Below, piece after piece: positions 29,564 to 38,949 of a stretch of DNA of 64,000 nucleotides. The stretch lies in NCBI GenBank assembly GCA_003670745.1, contig QWQR01000001.1, forward strand, positions 3,265-67,264. Direction: 5' to 3'. The position numbers and the translations under genes were made by a program. This stretch comes from Chloroflexota bacterium (GTDB taxonomy: Bacteria; Chloroflexota; Limnocylindria; Limnocylindrales; Limnocylindraceae). The stretch's first letter is position 1, and the number at the start of each line of letters is the position of its first letter. The notes beneath the pieces were generated by a model that did no database searches, was not told the origin of the DNA, and saw only the letters and a program-made list of their open reading frames with translations.

Positions 29564-30806
29564 CAGTACCTCCAAATTCCGCCGCACTCCCGGTCTCACG
29601 CGAGATGGAGAGGAGCAGCCCGATTGCCGCCAACAACACGACCATGGCAGAACCACCTTGTGAGACGAGCGGGAGCGGCACCCCCGTCACCGGAAGGAGC
29701 GAGAGCACCACGCCGATGTTGATCATCGCTTGGCCGCAGATCCAGACGACGATCCCGAGTGCGAGCAGGGCACCAAACGTATCCGGTGCCTTTCGCGAGA
29801 TGCCGATGCCGCGGAGTGCGATCAGCAGGAAGGCGATCAACACCCCTGCGGCGCCGACCAGCCCGAGCTCCTGTCCGATGACCGCAAAGATGTAGTCGTT
29901 CCAGGCGTATGGGATTGTCGAGGCGCCTGGAAGCTGCGAGCTGCCGAGACCCTTCCCAGTGATTCCCCCCGAGACGATGCCGATCAGCCCCTGGATCGTT
30001 TGATAGGTGCCACCCGTTGGGTCGGAGAGTGGATCAAGGAAGCCGCCAAGCCGTGCCGATTGATAGCTGCGCAAGGCAATGCTTGCGACGCCGAGGAGCG
30101 CTGCGCCAAGTCCCGCCGGCACCAGCCAGCGGAGCGGTAGCCCCCCAACGAAGAGCATGCTGAATCCGGTCACGCCGACAACCACCGCCGTTCCAAGGTC
30201 TGGCTCGAGCATGATCAGCCCTGCGCAGAGCAGGATCGCGCCGCCAGCAGGGAGGATCGTTCCGCGGAAATCATCGAGGGCGTGCCCGCGCCGCGAAAGA
30301 AGATCTGCGAGGTAGAGGACGAGGGCAAGCTTCGCGAACTCTGCGGCGTGAACGCTGACCGGGCCGACGACAAACGCACGGTTGAGGTTGCGATCGGTGG
30401 TGACGAAGGGAAGGAGCACCGCGATGAGCAGTCCGAGCGCCACGAAGATCGCAGGGGTCGCAAGCCTCCGCCAGACGCGATAGTCGTATTGCGAGATGAC
30501 GAGCATGACGCCAATCCCCAAGAGGGCGTAGAGCAGCTGGCGGCCGCCGGTTCCATACGGGCCATCGGCGGTGTTGAGAAAGTTCATCGCTGAGGAGGAG
30601 AAGACTTCGAGAACGCCGATGCCGACCAAGGCAAGCGCCGAAAAGAGGATGAGGCGATCCTCGGGTGGACGAAGTGGCAGAAGACGTGAGCCGAGGCGAC
30701 CGGAGGCACGTCGCCCCCCCGCCGTTGCGGGTGCTGGGCCGCTTGCGAGATGTGGGCGCGCGCCGATCGTCCGAATGGAGGCGGGGCGTTCCACGATGCT
30801 CGTCAT
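29469..30806 (-). CDS. ftsW: SEDS-family peptidoglycan polymerase FtsW
   Basis: 445 aa multi-TM protein with ...PVTGVPLPLVSQGGSAM. The 3' tail overlaps murG by 95 nt. Confidence 0.9.
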   Translation of the reverse strand: MTSIVERPASIRTIGARPHLASGPAPATAGGRRASGRLGSRLLPLRPPEDRLILFSALALVGIGVLEVFSSSAMNFLNTADGPYGTGGRQLLYALLGIGVMLVISQYDYRVWRRLATPAIFVALGLLIAVLLPFVTTDRNLNRAFVVGPVSVHAAEFAKLALVLYLADLLSRRGHALDDFRGTILPAGGAILLCAGLIMLEPDLGTAVVVGVTGFSMLFVGGLPLRWLVPAGLGAALLGVASIALRSYQSARLGGFLDPLSDPTGGTYQTIQGLIGIVSGGITGKGLGSSQLPGASTIPYAWNDYIFAVIGQELGLVGAAGVLIAFLLIALRGIGISRKAPDTFGALLALGIVVWICGQAMINIGVVLSLLPVTGVPLPLVSQGGSAMVVLLAAIGLLLSISRETGSAAEFGGTDARADRGRRDRGTSLPRVRRSPYAPSPRPRS

Positions 30807-32371
30807 ACGAGCTCCCCCGCCGCGAGTCGCCGCACCGCATCCTTGAATGCGTCGCCGCGCGCGCCGAACGGGTTATTAAACATGTCGAACGAGGACCCGA
30901 TCGGGCTGAGCAGCACCGTCGCGCGGACACTCCCTGTTGGCGTGGCAACCTCGCGAGCGAGGCGTGCTGCAGCAAGCGTCGCACCGTCGATCCCGCCGCT
31001 GCTGCGTTCGATGCGCGCGAGCCCAGCGGCGCGGAAGGTCGACTCCAGCTCGTCGGAGAGCTCACCCATCACCACCGCGGCGCTGCAGCGCTCGGCGACG
31101 ACGCGCGCGAGATCGTGCAGGTCTGCCCCCTTGCTGCGCCCACCAGCGACCAAGACGAGCGGCTGCTCGAAGGAGCGAAGCGCGGCGGCGACCGCGTCGG
31201 GCTGGGTCGCCTGGCTGTCGTCAACGTAGCGAATGCCGTCGATCAGGGCGATCGGCTCAAGTCGGTGCGGGACGCCGGTGAACGACGTGATCGCACGACG
31301 AATGGCGTCGGGGGCGACGCCGAGTGCGAGGCCCGCCGCAACGGCGGCGAGCACGTTGCTGACGCTGTGATCGCCGATCAGTGCGATCTCGCCGACCGGC
31401 GCAATCCGGCCGCCGGGGCCCGTCGCGGCGGCGGCGCCCGTTGGACCTGCGACCCCTGCCGCAACGATCCAGCCGTCAACGATCCCCACCCCGCCGGGGA
31501 TCGGCGCCTCGCGTCGATAGCCGATCGTCGTCACGCGCCCCTCACCCGCCAACCCAGCGGTCACCGGATCGTCGAGGTTCACGATCAGCACGCCGTCATC
31601 GGCAACACGCGCGGCGAGGAGGCGCTTCACGGCGCGGTAGCGATCGACTGTGCCGTGGCGATCGAGGTGATCGACGGTGATGTTGGTGTACACCCCAACC
31701 TTCACGCTGCTGACGATCGAGGGGAGCTGCAACTCTGAGATCTCCATCACGACACGAGCGTTTGCGGCCAAGCTCGTGGCGTGTCCGATCAACGGTCGGC
31801 CGTTGTTCCCGCCAAGCTCAACGGGGCGTGACGGATCTGCAGCGAGGATCGCGGCGATGAGTGCTGTGGTCGTGGTCTTTCCCTTCGTCCCAGTCACGCC
31901 GACAACGGTACGGTTGCCGAGCAGGCGCAGTGTCCACTCCGGCTCACTGATCAGGATCACGCCACGCGCCTCGCGGTCGCCGCCAAGCGGGAGTGCGCGC
32001 GCGGCAAATGCGCTGAGTGGGGCTGCAACCTGCTCCTTCACCGAGGGGAAGCCGAGCGTCACTGAAGGGCTGTGGACCACGAGCTGCGCCGTATCCAGCA
32101 ACGGGGCGAGTGGAGCGTCTGGGCCGAAGGCGAACGTCACACCGCTCCCCTGCAGTGCCGTGGTTGCCGCCTCAAGCGTCGCTGCAGCGGCGGTGTCGTG
32201 CAGTGTCACCTGCGCACCCGCTGCTGCGGCAAAGGCGGCCGCGGCCTGACCAGTGCGCCCTGCGCCGAGCACGACGGTGAGGACACCACGCAGACTCCCA
32301 GCGGCGATCGCACCGGCCTCAAGATCGGCGAGGCGAATCCCGCCCGATCCTGCGCCCATCGCGCCGCTCAC
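30803..32371 (-). CDS. murD: UDP-N-acetylmuramoylalanine--D-glutamate ligase
   Basis: 522 aa with P-loop GVTGTKGKTTT and a Rossmann-like N-terminus (VVLGAGRTG). Confidence 0.9.
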   Translation of the reverse strand: MSGAMGAGSGGIRLADLEAGAIAAGSLRGVLTVVLGAGRTGQAAAAFAAAAGAQVTLHDTAAAATLEAATTALQGSGVTFAFGPDAPLAPLLDTAQLVVHSPSVTLGFPSVKEQVAAPLSAFAARALPLGGDREARGVILISEPEWTLRLLGNRTVVGVTGTKGKTTTTALIAAILAADPSRPVELGGNNGRPLIGHATSLAANARVVMEISELQLPSIVSSVKVGVYTNITVDHLDRHGTVDRYRAVKRLLAARVADDGVLIVNLDDPVTAGLAGEGRVTTIGYRREAPIPGGVGIVDGWIVAAGVAGPTGAAAATGPGGRIAPVGEIALIGDHSVSNVLAAVAAGLALGVAPDAIRRAITSFTGVPHRLEPIALIDGIRYVDDSQATQPDAVAAALRSFEQPLVLVAGGRSKGADLHDLARVVAERCSAAVVMGELSDELESTFRAAGLARIERSSGGIDGATLAAARLAREVATPTGSVRATVLLSPIGSSFDMFNNPFGARGDAFKDAVRRLAAGELV

Positions 32372-33342
32372 AGCCCCGCGTTGCGCGTTGCGAGGAAGGC
32401 GACGATCCCGAGGATCCCACCGATCGCACCGACAACCCAGAAGCGGAAGGTGATCTGCGTCTCGGCCCAGCCGAGTCGCTCGAAGTGATGGTGGATCGGC
32501 GTGAAGAGGAAGACGCGTCGTCCAAGGATCTTCACCGCAGCGACCTGGATGATCACCGAGCCCGTCTCGACGACGAAGATGATCCCGATCAGCGGGAGGA
32601 GGAGCACGTTGCCAGTGACGAGGCCAGTGACCGCGAGCGCTGCACCGAATCCGAGTGCTCCGGTGTCACCGATGATCACGCTTGCAGGGTGAATGTTGAA
32701 CCAGAGGAAGCCGATGAGCGATCCGGCGATGAGCGCGCAGACGAGGGCGAGGTTTGCCTGCCCTGGCGCGTTGAGCAGGGCGATCACCATGTAGCTGATC
32801 CAGGCAAAGACCATCGTCCCTCCCGAGAGGCCATCGAGCCCGTCGGTAAGGTTTACCCCGTTGCTCGTGGCGACGATCGCCACCACCGCCACGGCAATCC
32901 ACAGGAGCGGTGCGATCCCCACCTCCCCGACGAAGGGGACGACGAGCGAGGCGAAGGCGAAGTGCTGCTGCAAATAGATCGCGGCGATGATCGCAACGAC
33001 GATCTGCCAGGCGAGCTTCTGTCGTGCCGAGATCCCGTCGCCGGTTCGCGCGTTGAGCCAATCGTCGAAGGCGCCGACGAGTGAGACGCCGAGGAGGGCG
33101 AGTAGGACCGCGTAGGTCGATGCGTCAACGGCATCGAGGAGCAGGGCGAGCACGATGACGACGGCGACGAGGAGGAGGCCGCCCATCGTTGGGGTCCCCT
33201 CCTTCACGATGTGCCAGTCGGGACCAAACTCTCGCCGTACGCGCTTGCCGAATCCGGTGTGACGGAGCAGGCGCAGGTAGGCGGGCATGATCAGCCAGAC
33301 GCAGGCGAACGAGAGGACCAGTGCCTGGACGATCGCGATCAT
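32368..33342 (-). CDS. mraY: Phospho-N-acetylmuramoyl-pentapeptide transferase
   Basis: 324 aa, 10-TM type, with KEGTPTMGG and NLTDGLDGL motifs. Confidence 0.95.
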   Translation of the reverse strand: MIAIVQALVLSFACVWLIMPAYLRLLRHTGFGKRVRREFGPDWHIVKEGTPTMGGLLLVAVVIVLALLLDAVDASTYAVLLALLGVSLVGAFDDWLNARTGDGISARQKLAWQIVVAIIAAIYLQQHFAFASLVVPFVGEVGIAPLLWIAVAVVAIVATSNGVNLTDGLDGLSGGTMVFAWISYMVIALLNAPGQANLALVCALIAGSLIGFLWFNIHPASVIIGDTGALGFGAALAVTGLVTGNVLLLPLIGIIFVVETGSVIIQVAAVKILGRRVFLFTPIHHHFERLGWAETQITFRFWVVGAIGGILGIVAFLATRNAGL

Positions 33343-34892
33343 GCGCCGGCCTCCAGACGTGCCGCGATCGCGGCGACGAGGCGCTCAAGCTCCGAAGCAC
33401 GTGAGGCCTTGATCAAGATGCTGTCGCCCGCAGAGACGCGATCGCGCAGCAGTCCTGCCGCGGCGTCGATCCCCGCCTCGTCTGTGGAGAGCCGAATGAT
33501 CCGCTCGATCGGCATTCCGCCGAGTCGGGCGCCCTCCGCGATCCCATCCGCCTCGTCGCCGAGGACGATGAGGAATTCAAGGTCGCTTGATGCGGCAACG
33601 CGTCCGATCTCAAGGTGCGCTGCAGCGGCGTAGTCGCCGAGCTCCCCCATCGCGCCGAGGGCTGCGAAGCGGCGCGCTGGCGACGCGGCGAGAGTGGCGA
33701 GGGCGGCGCGCATGCTCGAGGGGGCGGCGTTATAGGCGTCGTCGATCAGGCGCACGCCGCCGACGCTGCGAACCGTGGCCCGCCCGCTTGGAAGCGCAAC
33801 GTTGCTGAGTCGCTCGGCGGCGATTGCTGCGGGCACGCCGCAGGTTCCGGCCGTGGCGATGGCGAGCGCCGCGCCAGAGGCAAAGTGGAGCCCGAAGAGC
33901 GGGAGGTTGGCGGTGACCGAGCCCTCCTCCGTCGCAACGGTGACGAGCGTGTGTGCGGTCGCCTGGTCGAGCTCAACGCGCTCAATGCGCACCGTCGCCC
34001 CCGTGGCGCTCCCTGCGCTGATCACCGGCGCTGGCCCGCGAGCGGCGAGCGTAAGGACGCGCGCATCGTCGGCGTTGAGCACCGCACACCCATCCGCAGG
34101 GAGTGCGGCGATGAGCTCCCCCTTCGCCGCGGCAATCGCATCGAGGTCACCGGCGCGCGAGGCGTGCACCGCATCGATCGCGGTGACCACACCAACGCGC
34201 GGGCGCGCCATCGCGCAGAGGTCGGCGATATCGCCACCGACATACATCCCCATCTCAGCAACAAGTCGCTCCGCGCCGTCTGGAAGGTTGAGGAGCGCAA
34301 GCGGAAGGCCGATCTCGTTGTTGGCGTTCCCTGGTGTCGCGCTCGTCTTCGTCGCAGCACCGCCGAGCGCCGCTGCGATCAGCTCCTTCGTCGTCGTCTT
34401 CCCCACCGAGCCGGTCACGCCGATCACATCGAGATCAAAGCGTGCGCGCCAGCTGGTCGCCGCTGCGGCGAGTGCACGAACCCCCGAATCAACGAGAAGG
34501 AGTGTCGCTCCGTGCTTCGTCGCGGCAACCTTCGCCGCCGCCATGGCGACGTCGAGTGCCGCTCCCTCGCCAGCATGCGGTGCAACAGCGTGCGGTGCAG
34601 CGGCGGAGTTCGGACGTTCGGCGACGACCGCGGCGGCGCCGCGCTCGAGGGCGTCCACCATGTGCAGGCGCCCGTCGGTGCGCTCACCAGGGAGCGCGAA
34701 GAAGATCTCACCGTCGGCAACCAGTCGCGAGTCGACCCGCGCCCCGCGGATCGCGCGCAAACCATCGACGAGTAATTCAGCCTTAACCGCACCGTCGCGC
34801 AACGCAGCACCGGTGATGAGCGCTGCAAGCTCAGCGCCGCTCCGCGCGAGCGGGCCAGAGACACGCGTGCGCGGTGCAGCGCTCGCCGTCAT
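33339..34892 (-). CDS. murF: UDP-MurNAc-tripeptide--D-alanyl-D-alanine ligase
   Basis: 517 aa with GVTGSVGKTTTKE, the MurF-specific GNANNEIGLPL and C-terminal ILIKASRASELE. There is no MurE-type DNPR motif. Confidence 0.9.
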   Translation of the reverse strand: MTASAAPRTRVSGPLARSGAELAALITGAALRDGAVKAELLVDGLRAIRGARVDSRLVADGEIFFALPGERTDGRLHMVDALERGAAAVVAERPNSAAAPHAVAPHAGEGAALDVAMAAAKVAATKHGATLLLVDSGVRALAAAATSWRARFDLDVIGVTGSVGKTTTKELIAAALGGAATKTSATPGNANNEIGLPLALLNLPDGAERLVAEMGMYVGGDIADLCAMARPRVGVVTAIDAVHASRAGDLDAIAAAKGELIAALPADGCAVLNADDARVLTLAARGPAPVISAGSATGATVRIERVELDQATAHTLVTVATEEGSVTANLPLFGLHFASGAALAIATAGTCGVPAAIAAERLSNVALPSGRATVRSVGGVRLIDDAYNAAPSSMRAALATLAASPARRFAALGAMGELGDYAAAAHLEIGRVAASSDLEFLIVLGDEADGIAEGARLGGMPIERIIRLSTDEAGIDAAAGLLRDRVSAGDSILIKASRASELERLVAAIAARLEAGA

Positions 34893-36820
34893 ACCAGCGA
34901 CTCCTCGCGTCGCGGTGGGAGTAGGTCCCCGCCCAACCCGTCCGCGACCGGAGCGGAGGGTTCCAGCACGCCGGGCTGGGCGGGGGAAGTCAAACCGCCG
35001 GTTGTGGCGGCCGGGGGGATGCCCATCACAGCGATGAGATCCTGGGAGACGCGGCGGAAGAGTTCGTACGACTCAACGTTGTTGAGGATGTTCCCTTGAA
35101 GGTTCACCACAGGGGTGCCGCGACGAATCGAGACGGCGATGACGTACTCGGGGGCGGTCCGCCCGATCCAGCCGACGAAGGTGAAGTTGTAATGGTTCGG
35201 ATCCCACGCACCCTTGCCGCCCTTCTCGTTGCGTGCATCCTTAAGCCAGATCTGCGCCGTGCCGGTCTTGCCGCCGTAGGAGTAGAACGGCATCTTGGTG
35301 AGGCGCGCGTAGAGCGGCACGACCTTCGTGACGCTCCCCATCATGTCGATCATCTGCCCTGAGATCTTGCGGCTCGTCGCAACGCCACGCGTGGTGATCG
35401 GTACCGGAACGCCATCGACCGCGTCAACGATGCGCGGGCGCACCAGCACTCCGCCATTCAGCATCGCCGAATAGGCAACGGCGAGCTGCGCGAGTGTGAC
35501 GCTCAGCCCCTGCCCGAACGAGGCGTTGGCGACGTCGATCTCGCGCCAGGGGTAGAGCGGCCGCGTCGGATCGTTCACGAGGCCGTGGTTCTCACCGGCA
35601 AGGTCGATCCCTGTCTCTGTGCCGATCCCGAACTTGAGCCAGGTGGAGTAGATCGACCGCGCGGACTCATCGGTGCTCTTGCCAAGGGCCAACGCGATCT
35701 TTGAGAAGACGACGTTGCGGCTCCACGAGAGCGCTTGACGCAAGGTGAGCGTCCCCTTGGAGCGATGGTCCGCGTTCTGCACCTTGTTCAGGCCGTCGTC
35801 GAGGATCAGCGCCGTCTCGTCCTGGTAGATCGACTCGGTAGTCACGCCGCCACCCTCAAGTGCTGCGACCGAGGTGAGCGTCTTCATCACCGATCCCGGC
35901 TCGTACACGTTCGAGATCACTGGATCCTGGAAACGGCTCGGGTCACGCGCAGCGGTCGCAGCGAAATCATTTGCATCGTAGGCCGGCCACGACGCCGACG
36001 AGAGGACGCCTCCAGTGAATGGGTCCATCACCATGACGCTCACCGCTTCGGCGCGATTGGCGACACCGGCGGCTGCAACCTCTTGCTCAACAAGCGTCTG
36101 CAACGTGGCATCGACGCAGAGTCGGAGGTCAGCACCAGGGTGTCCACCAGAGAGCTCGATCACCCGATCAACGCCGTCGCTCCCCCGCTCGGTTCGGGTG
36201 ACGCGAGCGTCGCCGGCCAACTGCTGCTCGTAGTAGGCCTCAAGGCCGTACTGGCCAACGCCGTCAGCGTTCACGAAGCCGATGATGTGGCTTGCCAGCG
36301 AGGTTCCCGCAGCGCCGCCAACCTGCTTGTAGTTACGCATGCGAACCTCGCCGAGGGTGACGAGCTTCGAGCCGGCGGTCGCGAGGGCAGCGGTGACCGC
36401 GCCGCTCTGCTCGTCGTCGAGCCCGGTGAGGAGGGTGACCCAGGCGCGCCCCGAGGCGAGCGTCGCGTGAATGCGTGCCACCTCAGCGCTCCCCAGCGAG
36501 AGCGCAGCGGTGAGTGCCCCCTCTGCGGCGGCGCGCTCTTCGTCACTCATCTGCGCCGGCTGGGCGTAGACGTTGTGGCGCATCACCGTCTCGGCGAGAA
36601 CGACCGACCCCGTGCGGTCCGTGATCGTGCCGCGATTCGGTCGCTCCTCGTCGGTGCTCGAGGTGCCGAAGCCACCCGCCGCGATGATCCGCGCCCGATC
36701 CACGGTGTGCCAGGCGAAGAGCCGCCCCAAGCACAGGATCCCGCACAAAAAGAGGAGCGCTGCAACGAAGAGGACCCGCGGCCGTGAGTCGGTGCGGGCG
36801 AGGCGCGAATCGTTCTGCAT
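34889..36820 (-). CDS. ftsI: Division-specific class B penicillin-binding protein (FtsI/PBP2 type)
   Basis: The ATG at 36820 lies 1 nt after the ftsL stop. There is a TM anchor, and the motifs are SxxK (SVMK), SxN (SRN) and KTG (KTGTA). Confidence 0.9.
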   Translation of the reverse strand: MQNDSRLARTDSRPRVLFVAALLFLCGILCLGRLFAWHTVDRARIIAAGGFGTSSTDEERPNRGTITDRTGSVVLAETVMRHNVYAQPAQMSDEERAAAEGALTAALSLGSAEVARIHATLASGRAWVTLLTGLDDEQSGAVTAALATAGSKLVTLGEVRMRNYKQVGGAAGTSLASHIIGFVNADGVGQYGLEAYYEQQLAGDARVTRTERGSDGVDRVIELSGGHPGADLRLCVDATLQTLVEQEVAAAGVANRAEAVSVMVMDPFTGGVLSSASWPAYDANDFAATAARDPSRFQDPVISNVYEPGSVMKTLTSVAALEGGGVTTESIYQDETALILDDGLNKVQNADHRSKGTLTLRQALSWSRNVVFSKIALALGKSTDESARSIYSTWLKFGIGTETGIDLAGENHGLVNDPTRPLYPWREIDVANASFGQGLSVTLAQLAVAYSAMLNGGVLVRPRIVDAVDGVPVPITTRGVATSRKISGQMIDMMGSVTKVVPLYARLTKMPFYSYGGKTGTAQIWLKDARNEKGGKGAWDPNHYNFTFVGWIGRTAPEYVIAVSIRRGTPVVNLQGNILNNVESYELFRRVSQDLIAVMGIPPAATTGGLTSPAQPGVLEPSAPVADGLGGDLLPPRREESLV

Positions 36821-36821
36821 C

Positions 36822-37370
36822 TCAGCGCCCCTCAACGAGCAGCGGGCTACCGAGCTGACCAACGCCCAGCTCAAAGGCGCGACGGCGAATCTCTGGCTCA
36901 CGCCCGAGGGGATTCATGTCTGATTCGCCGGAGCGAATCTGCTCCATGAGTCGCGTCTGATCGTCGCGCAGGCCACGCACGAGTGCACCCGACGTGCTCG
37001 TCTCCGTTGCCAAGATCAAAAAGATGAACATCGCGCAGAAGAGGAGCAGTCCGACACCGAAGGTGCGGCCACGGAGGCTCCCCGCAACCCCGTCACGACC
37101 AGCACTCCACGCCGAGACGCCGATTGCACCGCGCGGCTGTGCGACGCGCCGCGCCCCACCAGGGATCGCTGCGCTCGGCACGCGGATTGAACCGGAGAGC
37201 GCAGCACCGCTCGCCTGCTCGAGGCGAGGACTACTCGCCACCGGGACGAACGCACGCTGGATTGCAATGCGCTGTCGCGCCGCAGCGGCGCGCCGTGCGT
37301 CAGCAACGCGTGGGGCGGTGAGCGGGGCGACCAGCTGTGCCCCGCGCAGTGGTCGACCGATCGCCGTCAC
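36822..37370 (-). CDS. ftsL: FtsL-like division membrane protein with a long N-terminal cytoplasmic extension
   Basis: 182 aa with a single TM helix (FGVGLLLFCAMFIFLILA) followed by a short helical ectodomain. The position between rsmH and ftsI is conserved. Sequence itself is weakly informative. Confidence 0.6.
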   Translation of the reverse strand: MTAIGRPLRGAQLVAPLTAPRVADARRAAAARQRIAIQRAFVPVASSPRLEQASGAALSGSIRVPSAAIPGGARRVAQPRGAIGVSAWSAGRDGVAGSLRGRTFGVGLLLFCAMFIFLILATETSTSGALVRGLRDDQTRLMEQIRSGESDMNPLGREPEIRRRAFELGVGQLGSPLLVEGR

Positions 37371-38326
37371 GCCGCAACTCCGATGCGTTCGGCGGCACGC
37401 AGCTTTGCGCTGCGGCTGCGCGGGTTTGCGGCGATCTCTTCATCGGTGGCGATCAACGGCTTGCGGTTGATCAGGCGCAGCGTTGGCGTGCGACCACAGC
37501 CGCAGGCGGGTGCACGCGGTGGGCAAATACATCCACGCGCGGCGGCGGCGAACGCCTGCTTCACGATGCGATCTTCGAGCGAGTGGTAAGTGAGCACGAC
37601 AATGCGGCCGCCGTCGGCAAGGATGCTGATCGCGCCGTCGAGCGCCGTCGCCAGCGCCTCCAACTCATCGTTAACAGCGATGCGCAGCGCCTGAAAGACG
37701 CGGGTCGCAGGGTGGATGCGCAACGGTGGCCCATAGCGAACCGGAACTGCCGACTCCACGAGCGCTGCGAGTCGCTCCGATGTGTCAATCGGCTCAACGT
37801 TGCGGCGCGCAACGATCGCCTTGGCGATCCGCGACGCATGTGGCTCCTCGCCGTATGCCTTGAAGATACGAGTGAGCTCGCGAGCATCGAGGCGCGCGAG
37901 CAGCGCCGAAGCAGGCTCGCCACACGAGGTGTCGAAGCGAAGGTCGAGCGGGCCGCCGGCGCGGATCCCGAAGCCGCGCGCGCTGTCGGAGAGTTGGTCT
38001 GACGAGAGGCCGAGGTCGAAGAGGATCCCGTCCGCTGCAGCAATCCCAGCCGCGCCCGCGGCGAGGGCGATCTCTGCATTGCTCCCCTGATGGGTCTGCA
38101 GGCGCGTGCCGAAGCGCGCGAGGCGTGCGCGCGTACGTTCAATCGCTGCGGGATCTGCGTCGATGCCGAGGAGTCGACCCGCCGGCGCGCTCGCGTCAAG
38201 GATCTGCTCTGCATGGCCGCCGCCGCCAAGGTTCGCGTCGATGTAGCTTCCGTCAGCGCGAACCGCAAGCGCGGCGAGGGTTTCGTCGAGAAGGACCGGG
38301 CGGTGGACCGTCAAGTCCCCCGCCAT
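37367..38326 (-). CDS. rsmH: 16S rRNA m4C1402 methyltransferase RsmH (MraW)
   Basis: The ATG at 38326 overlaps the mraZ TGA (TGATG). Motifs are HRPVLLDE, NLGGGGHAE and DLGLSSDQL. Confidence 0.93.
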   Translation of the reverse strand: MAGDLTVHRPVLLDETLAALAVRADGSYIDANLGGGGHAEQILDASAPAGRLLGIDADPAAIERTRARLARFGTRLQTHQGSNAEIALAAGAAGIAAADGILFDLGLSSDQLSDSARGFGIRAGGPLDLRFDTSCGEPASALLARLDARELTRIFKAYGEEPHASRIAKAIVARRNVEPIDTSERLAALVESAVPVRYGPPLRIHPATRVFQALRIAVNDELEALATALDGAISILADGGRIVVLTYHSLEDRIVKQAFAAAARGCICPPRAPACGCGRTPTLRLINRKPLIATDEEIAANPRSRSAKLRAAERIGVAA

Positions 38327-38754
38327 CAGAAACCGAGCCCCTCGAGTTGCGCGGCGAGCGCGTCGGAGGAGTCCATCGTGCCGCGATAGCCGTCCCATCG
38401 CTTCGGCGTCCAGATCTCGGCGTGATCGCGCGCACCCACCACCATCGCCTCGCCCTCGAGGCCGCTCCAGTCGCGCAGCGTCGCCGGCAGCAAGAGGCGC
38501 CCCTGCGCATCGATCTCAAGCTCAAAGGCGCTACCGAACAAGAATCGGCTGAACTCTCGCGCGGTGGCGTTGCCGGTGGGGAGCGCCGCGACCTTGGCGG
38601 CGAGCTCGTCCCAGGCGGCGCGTGGGAAGACGGCGAGGCAGTTGTCGAGCCAGCGAGAGACGAAGGCGCCGCCATCAAGCTGGGCGCGGAAGCGCACGGG
38701 GACGGCGACCCGTCCCTTGCCGTCGATCGTATGGCGGTATTCGCCCGTAAACAC
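38326..38754 (-). CDS. mraZ: Transcriptional regulator MraZ
   Basis: The GTG at 38754 follows GGAGGGGA, giving VFTGEYRHTIDGKGRVAVP plus a second DAQGRLLLP repeat (duplicated SpoVT/AbrB-like motif). The track start at 38808 is probably too long. Confidence 0.9.
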   Translation of the reverse strand: MFTGEYRHTIDGKGRVAVPVRFRAQLDGGAFVSRWLDNCLAVFPRAAWDELAAKVAALPTGNATAREFSRFLFGSAFELEIDAQGRLLLPATLRDWSGLEGEAMVVGARDHAEIWTPKRWDGYRGTMDSSDALAAQLEGLGF

Positions 38755-38783
38755 GCTATCCCCTCCGCCGCGGCGAGTGCAGC

Positions 38784-38855
38784 AGGTGGTGAACCCACCT
38801 AGCCCCACTTCAAACCACTTGGATGGATTCTGCCCCCACCTCCCCCACCTGTCAA
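38784..38855 (-). promoter_or_regulatory. dcw/mraZ promoter (TTGACA-17-CAGAAT) with phased GTGG boxes (putative MraZ operator)
   Basis: The minus strand reads TTGACAggtgggggaggtgggggCAGAATccatccaaGTGGtttgaaGTGGggctagGTGGgttc. Three GTGG boxes (+ strand ccac at 38815, 38805, 38795) are exactly 10 nt apart, downstream of the -10. Two more sit in the spacer. Confidence 0.65.
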
Positions 38856-38949
38856 GGGGGGCCTCGACGGGGCATCAGGGATGCCTGGAGGGGGCCGGAG
38901 GGGCTGAAGGGGAGGTTGAAGGCTGCCCCAAACAGGGGGCGAAGCATGG

